DNA of 64,000 nucleotides from Puniceicoccales bacterium (GTDB lineage Bacteria; Verrucomicrobiota; Verrucomicrobiia; Opitutales; JAIRKQ01): NCBI GenBank assembly GCA_031267915.1, contig JAIRYE010000006.1, positions 76,032 to 140,031 of the forward strand, read 5' to 3'. Shown piece by piece: positions 57,789 to 64,000 of this stretch (position 1 is its first letter; each line of letters starts with the position of its first letter). The notes under the pieces were generated by a model. It saw only the letters and a program-made list of their open reading frames with translations, ran no database searches and was not told where the DNA came from. The position numbers and the translations under genes were made by a program.

Positions 57789-58079
57789 ATGAATAATAAA
57801 ATTAAACCATTAGGAAATCGTGTCCTCGTAAGAAAATTCGAGGAGCGGGAACAAGTAAAAGGTGGAATTATTATTCCCGATGCAGCAAAAGAAGCCTCCC
57901 AGGAAGCGGAGGTGGTTGCGCTGGGTTCGGGAAGAAATGATGAGGGGAAAATCCTGGATTTTGAAGTAAAAATAGGAGATCATGTTCTCATCAGCAAGTA
58001 CGGAGGGACTGAAGTAAAACAAGACAAGGAAATCTTTGTGGTACTGAAACAGGACGATATTTTAGCAGTTTTAGGATAA
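57789..58079 (+). CDS. groES: co-chaperonin GroES
   Basis: 96 aa. The sequence [12 protein letters not shown]...GGIIIPD... is the Hsp10 pattern. It lies directly upstream of groEL. Confidence 0.95.
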   Translation: MNNKIKPLGNRVLVRKFEEREQVKGGIIIPDAAKEASQEAEVVALGSGRNDEGKILDFEVKIGDHVLISKYGGTEVKQDKEIFVVLKQDDILAVLG

Positions 58080-58085
58080 AATTAG

Positions 58086-59723
<1,638 letters not shown>

Positions 59724-59750
59724 TACTAAAACCAGTAATTCAAATGAAAA

Positions 59751-59783
59751 GAGGGCAGGGATCCTGCCTTCTTTTATTTTTTT
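59751..59783 (+). terminator. rho-independent (bidirectional) terminator after groEL
   Basis: The sequence is GGCAGG-gat-CCTGCC followed by TTCTTTTATTTTTTT. The complementary strand also ends in a T-rich run, facing the convergent 316-aa gene. Confidence 0.7.
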
Positions 59784-59823
59784 GAGCTTAAAATTATCAC
59801 TTTCCAGGGAAATTTTTTAATTG

Positions 59824-60774
59824 CTAGTAATTCATCTCTTCACCAAGCAATTCCGAATGCCACCTGATGACAACCAGATTGCCGCCCTTTTTTAGTCCCT
59901 CTTCCAGCAAAAAATTCAGTCTTTCGAGTGCATTCTTTTTCCGCGTATAAACAAGTCCATCATTGTGATTCCTAAATTCCAGAAAACCACCATTGAAAGA
60001 AATCAGAACGCTATTGGCCTTGCTTGTTCTAAACCTGTTCTTTTGCTGTCTAATTACGACGTAGTCACTGTCCTGCATCATGCCAAGAACCATCCTTTTC
60101 TCCTCCAGGGAATGCTTCTTTTTCGTGTCAAAAATAAATATCACCTGATCCATTCTGTCCAACCCATGGGTGCAATGTGGAAGAATTCCGTTGGAAACAA
60201 AGTGCAGCAATCCGGAAGAATCAAATCCCCGCAATTCGTAGGGCCTGTTGAGCGCGCTTGGGGTATTTCCCGCAGTGAATTCATACATTCCCCTGAGATC
60301 AATTTTCTTAAAATTATTTGCTCCATAGCAGTAGGGGACCCTCTCATCCACGCATCGCTGAAAAATTTTCCTGATTTTCTCCAGGGGAAGTGGTGCCAGC
60401 TTTTTGTTCAGTGTATTTTCCCAAGTTTCCTCGTCCGCGTGCACCATTGCTCTATCGAAGAAATTAAGATGCACGAATCCTTCGCCCCTAACTCTGTCAC
60501 TCAGAAAAAATTCCACTTCAACATTTTTGTTCCTGAGCACATTGATTACGCGGATCGCAGTGTCACTCCAGAGGACGGTATCGAGCCTGTAGCAATTGGT
60601 TCCCTCGCTTCCAATTTCATAGATTAAATTGACATCCCAGCTAGTGAACACCGGAACGTAGCATCCTTTTTTTACAATAAATATGTCTCCCCGCTTTATT
60701 TCTCCGAAGCACTGCACACACAAAAAAACACAAGCTGAGAGTATGCAAAATCCTGCTGTGGTTATTTTTTTCAT
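59824..60774 (-). CDS. exported NlpC/P60-like protein with Ser at the catalytic Cys and His positions
   Basis: It has the signal peptide MKKITTAGFCILSACVFLCVQCFG and an N-terminal SH3-like region. The VPYCYGANNF ... RGFDSSGLLHFVSNGILP pattern matches NlpC/P60 (PYxWGG...DCSGL...G..LP) but reads DSSG. Confidence 0.45.
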   Translation of the reverse strand: MKKITTAGFCILSACVFLCVQCFGEIKRGDIFIVKKGCYVPVFTSWDVNLIYEIGSEGTNCYRLDTVLWSDTAIRVINVLRNKNVEVEFFLSDRVRGEGFVHLNFFDRAMVHADEETWENTLNKKLAPLPLEKIRKIFQRCVDERVPYCYGANNFKKIDLRGMYEFTAGNTPSALNRPYELRGFDSSGLLHFVSNGILPHCTHGLDRMDQVIFIFDTKKKHSLEEKRMVLGMMQDSDYVVIRQQKNRFRTSKANSVLISFNGGFLEFRNHNDGLVYTRKKNALERLNFLLEEGLKKGGNLVVIRWHSELLGEEMNY

Positions 60775-60973
60775 GACAATTCAAAGGCGCCGACTATAAA
60801 TTGCCAATGAAAAAATACAACAATAAATTAATGGGATGCGGAGACTGGACCAGTTCCGTTCCCATCACGGGGGGCATTGTAGAAATTCACCAGTGTGCAG
60901 CGAAAAAAATACATACGAGCTTTGCAGCTTCAGAAAAAATTACAGTGCCGAAATAAATTTCGCAAATTTTTTG

Positions 60974-61492
60974 CTATTTTGTCAGGCTAATTTCAATTGG
61001 TGAGTTGGGGTAATTTCCTGCTATCACATCCGGCAAATATTTTGGCAAGAGCACTGGATGTATTATCTCTCTGCTGTTTTTTATGTCGCCAAGAGAGAAC
61101 CATCTGATTTCTTCAACTACCGATTTTTCACTGGCAGTCATGTTTGACATGTCGAATGCAGTTACTTTTGTTTTTGCCACAATAAATCGTTCGTTGCAGG
61201 TCGTCAATTTACCCTCAAAACGAAGATCGAAAGTGCATTTCCAAACTTCCGGGCCAAATTCCACATCGCTGATCCCAATGCCGGTTTCTTCAAATAATTC
61301 CCGTTCTGCTGCGTCCAGGAGCGTTTCTCCAGGCTCAATTCCTCCGCCTACCATAAACCAGAAGCGGCCCTGGGGTTCGTCATTTGCGAGTGTTATTCGC
61401 TTGTCGTCAGCGCACATCAGTGCCAGCTCATCCCTTTCGTTTAGCAGAATCAACTTGACGCTGTTTCTCTGTGATATTTTTTCACTGTCCAT
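60974..61492 (-). CDS. NUDIX hydrolase
   Basis: It has the Nudix box GGGIEPGETLLDAAERELFEETGI (GX5EX7REUXEEXGU). Confidence 0.85.
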   Translation of the reverse strand: MDSEKISQRNSVKLILLNERDELALMCADDKRITLANDEPQGRFWFMVGGGIEPGETLLDAAERELFEETGIGISDVEFGPEVWKCTFDLRFEGKLTTCNERFIVAKTKVTAFDMSNMTASEKSVVEEIRWFSLGDIKNSREIIHPVLLPKYLPDVIAGNYPNSPIEISLTK

Positions 61493-61515
61493 GGGAACCT
61501 CCCGTGGAGCGCCAG

Positions 61516-61965
61516 CTAATTTTGGGTCAGGAAGGTGTCAAGTCTTTTTCTATATTCCGAGTTGGTTTCGTAGAATTCTTTGGTGAACTGGTAGAACAGC
61601 GTCATTTTTTTGAACAATTTTTCGGACATGATGTGCTCAATGCGGCAGGAGTTTTCAGCTGCTTCGGATTGTTTCAACTTCAAAATATTTACGAAGAAGC
61701 TGATCATCGTTTCGTATCTTCTGATCAGCACTGCGGCGATTTCGCTGCCCAGGTCCGTCATGGTAATTTGATTGTAGGGGACGTGGTGAATTAATTTCTT
61801 TTCGGACAGAATATTTAGGGCCGCAGTTGCGGACGACTTCTTCACGTTAAGTGCCCTGGCTATGTCGGTTATTTTAGCATATCCTTTTTCAGTAACTTCC
61901 AGGTATATTTCCTTCAGATAATTTTCCTGGCTAGGAGTTAGGTGGCAGAAATTTGTGTCACACAT
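61516..61965 (-). CDS. DtxR/MntR-family metal-dependent transcriptional repressor
   Basis: The N-terminal winged HTH is SQENYLKEIYLEV.EKGYAKITDIARALNVKKSSATAALNILSEKKLI, followed by a dimerisation/metal domain. At 149 aa it has no SH3-like domain and is MntR-like. Confidence 0.8.
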   Translation of the reverse strand: MCDTNFCHLTPSQENYLKEIYLEVTEKGYAKITDIARALNVKKSSATAALNILSEKKLIHHVPYNQITMTDLGSEIAAVLIRRYETMISFFVNILKLKQSEAAENSCRIEHIMSEKLFKKMTLFYQFTKEFYETNSEYRKRLDTFLTQN

Positions 61966-61977
61966 TGGGGGATTTCA

Positions 61978-63684
61978 TTAGAAGCTTTCCAAAATTCTTG
62001 TCAAGATCGATCCCACCGCTATGGAAATTGTAAATGTACTTCCCCAGAGCGCACATGCCATCCTCCATCCTCTTTCCTTCCATATTACCATAAGAGCATT
62101 GACGCATGGGACAAATAGACTAACGACGACGGTTGCCGTCAAAATTTGAGGTTTTGTCAGTATCCCTCTGGCCATTTCGAATACTCCGACGGATGCAAAA
62201 TCTCTCCTTATTACTCCCATGACAAAAATATTGGAGAATTCTCGGGGCAAATGCAGCAAGTTTTCCACAACGGGGGACAAATTTACCTGCAGCCAGTGCA
62301 AAAATCCAAGGCCGTGCAGGAGAGTTATAACTGCTGAATTTGCTGTGAATATTGCCAGCGACTCCGACAGAAAAACTAGAATTCTGTGCCATGTCTTTCT
62401 GAGACAATTTCTGGGTGATGGCAGGCGCAATGGAGGTAGTTCCATAGTGAAGTTGGACTTTGGTTCCCTTAGGAACATGGCCAGAGTTTTTCCGCTGATC
62501 AGCATAACCAGCAGCAGAGTGGATGCATATATAAGCCAGGCCCAAATGCTGTGCAATGAAGCGAGTAGGGCGATGATAATTCCCTGCTGAGCTGAGCAGG
62601 GAATGCCTATGCCAATCAGTGCCGTTGCGATAATTTTTTCCTTCTTTGTTTCAAGAATTCTTGTGGAAATTGTTCCCATTGCGCCGCAGCCAAATCCGAG
62701 CAGAATGGGAATTACAGCATTTCCGTTTAGTCCGAAATAATTAAAAAATTTATTGCTAATGGAGGCCAGTCTGGGAATGTATCCCGAATCTTCAAGCAGC
62801 GACATGATCACGTAGAACCCTGCAATCAAAGGTAGTAAAATGCCAACGATCATTTTTACCTCCATTGTCAGTATGCCGAATTCTCCGATGAGTATTTTCG
62901 CAAGTAGGTTATCCCCAAGCCAGTGAATTACGCAGGTTGATATCAGGGGGATGTAAAATTTGTCAATGGCCGCAATGATTCCATCGACGATATATCCGGA
63001 GATGGCGATTCCAAGCGTGGCGAATAGGGCGCAGAGAATGGCTATTGCTACAGGCCAGCCTATCAGTGGATTCAGCAGCAAACTATCTATTTTGCGTGAA
63101 ATGCGAGAATGTGGATTCCCTCCGCTGGTGCATTTGCCAGGTATTTGTTCAGTGCAAGCTGAGTAATTTGGGTGGCAGGTGAGATTTTCAATTCTATTGC
63201 CGATTGCGAGCAGAACGTTTTCTCTGCCAATTTTTTTCGTCGCCACTGTTTTTATAATGCTCATGCCGAGGCGTTCCGAAAGTTTTTCATAGTCGATCAC
63301 AATTTTTCGCTTTTCCGCCTCATCCACTTGATTCGCCACCAGTATCAAATTGCAGCCTGCGCCAAGGAGCTGCTGCGTCAGAATTAGATCCCTGTCGAGG
63401 GTAAGTGCGCTAACTACATTTACGACGACATCAGCCTTTTCCACATATTTTCGTGTAATTCCCGTGAGTTGCGAATGACTTTTGAAATCCAAAATTCCCG
63501 GTGTGTCAACCAGCTCCCCGAAGTCCATTTTTGCTCTGGCCACATCAACGCTTGTTCCCGGATAATTACTGACCTCCGTGTACTTTTCGGAAAGCATGTT
63601 GAAGACTGAGCTTTTGCCAACATTTGGATTCCCAACGAGAATCACCGAATATCTTTTCTTCAGAGGACAATTTTCACAGGACAT
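61978..63684 (-). CDS. feoB: ferrous iron transporter FeoB (short form)
   Basis: It has the N-terminal G-domain VILVGNPNVGKSS ... DTPG ... NQVD followed by a polytopic permease domain. The ATG at 63684 (MSCENCPLKK...) has an AGGAAAGGAA SD about 10 nt upstream. The track start at 63711 is a TTG. Confidence 0.9.
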   Translation of the reverse strand: MSCENCPLKKRYSVILVGNPNVGKSSVFNMLSEKYTEVSNYPGTSVDVARAKMDFGELVDTPGILDFKSHSQLTGITRKYVEKADVVVNVVSALTLDRDLILTQQLLGAGCNLILVANQVDEAEKRKIVIDYEKLSERLGMSIIKTVATKKIGRENVLLAIGNRIENLTCHPNYSACTEQIPGKCTSGGNPHSRISRKIDSLLLNPLIGWPVAIAILCALFATLGIAISGYIVDGIIAAIDKFYIPLISTCVIHWLGDNLLAKILIGEFGILTMEVKMIVGILLPLIAGFYVIMSLLEDSGYIPRLASISNKFFNYFGLNGNAVIPILLGFGCGAMGTISTRILETKKEKIIATALIGIGIPCSAQQGIIIALLASLHSIWAWLIYASTLLLVMLISGKTLAMFLREPKSNFTMELPPLRLPSPRNCLRKTWHRILVFLSESLAIFTANSAVITLLHGLGFLHWLQVNLSPVVENLLHLPREFSNIFVMGVIRRDFASVGVFEMARGILTKPQILTATVVVSLFVPCVNALMVIWKERGWRMACALWGSTFTISIAVGSILTRILESF

Positions 63685-63728
63685 ACGCCATTCTATTCCT
63701 TTCCTGGGCAAAGTTATGCACTTCTAAC

Positions 63729-63757
63729 ATAATTAGCCTTGGCTAACTCTGTGTCAA
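63729..63757 (-). promoter_or_regulatory. candidate sigma-70 promoter of the feoB operon with an embedded DtxR-type operator (TTAGCC-TT-GGCTAA, 63733..63746)
   Basis: On the minus strand the sequence is TTGACA-17 nt-AATTAT. The 6+6 inverted repeat TTAGCCnnGGCTAA spans the spacer and -10 region. Its half-sites resemble the DtxR/IdeR box TTAGGTTAGCCTAACCTAA. Confidence 0.4.
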
Positions 63758-64000
63758 TATCCATTTCCACTGGTAAAAATATTTTTTTCTATTTTGGGAA
63801 AATCTGACCCAATGAATCATTATTGTTTCCAAGCGTTATCCGATTGCCTTAGCGTGGTGTTTTTCATAATTCTATTGGAACCATCTAATTTCAAATGCCA
63901 TAAGAGTATGGTATGCAAAGTTTAGATTGGGTTGCGAACTGTGGATGAGTTCAAAAAAGTTAAACAAAAATTCGAGGGAATAAATGAAATTGCAAAAATG

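Noticed and set aside
55660-57790. CIRCE (HrcA) operators or sigma-32 promoters upstream of dnaK and groES
   Set aside because: I found no TTAGCACTC-N9-GAGTGCTAA-like inverted repeat. The only CCCAT-like box (about 55671) has the wrong spacing to a weak CCCTAG -35-like element.
59965-60627. 220-aa plus-strand ORF opposite the NlpC/P60-like gene, and the 175-aa minus-strand ORF 59171-59698 inside groEL
   Set aside because: The opposite strands carry a signal-peptide/NlpC-like gene and groEL respectively. These ORFs have no features of their own.
63984-64000. Possible gene start (GAGGGAataaATGaaattgcaaaaatg) at the right edge
   Set aside because: Only 5-6 codons are visible. It has a plausible SD but cannot be evaluated.

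Overview
This is a 64-kb, densely packed, moderately AT-rich chromosomal segment from a diderm (Gram-negative-type) bacterium. All calls come from reading the ORF translations and the DNA by eye; no searches were run. The phylum cannot be assigned. The many prepilin-type N-termini fit a PVC-like or similar lineage, but that is a guess.

About 60 protein genes are present and most are core housekeeping: prmA, ispG, rseP, rpmH-rnpA, gmk, cysS, an amino-acid ABC transporter, nrdR, hppA, uppS-cdsA, tsaC, rpsR, sucCD, rpsO-pnp, gap, tig, cutA, rpiB, mrdA, pyrH-frr, accBC, ruvX, hldD, dnaK-groES-groEL and a feoB-mntR-like-nudix operon. RNA genes are one tRNA-Gly(UCC) and a tmRNA with a readable tag. 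rpmH (48 aa) is missing from the ORF track and was recovered by hand.

I found no transposase, integrase, phage gene, CRISPR array, toxin-antitoxin pair or recognisable defence gene.

The unusual content falls into five groups:
1. A 653-aa, visibly AT-richer orphan protein carries the SopB/IpgD-type CKSGKDRTG phosphoinositide-phosphatase P-loop, which makes it an effector candidate.
2. A near-consensus sigma-54 -24/-12 element sits about 40 nt upstream of dnaK, preceded by a 2 x ~115-bp tandem repeat. I found no CIRCE or sigma-32 signal there.
3. A tandem-repeat orphan gene is broken by a 2-nt indel.
4. Several clear enzyme homologues have substitutions at textbook catalytic residues (DapF, GH77 amylomaltase, NlpC/P60, CdsA), and several complex subunits have no partners in the window (PntAB, a NuoG-like protein, a GspE-like ATPase). 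Together these suggest reductive, host-associated evolution or assembly errors.
5. Arg/Gly-rich disordered regions occur on PNPase and on an unknown 519-aa protein.

A pseudopilin cluster includes a repeat-containing 305-aa member. A DtxR-type operator candidate overlaps the feoB promoter.
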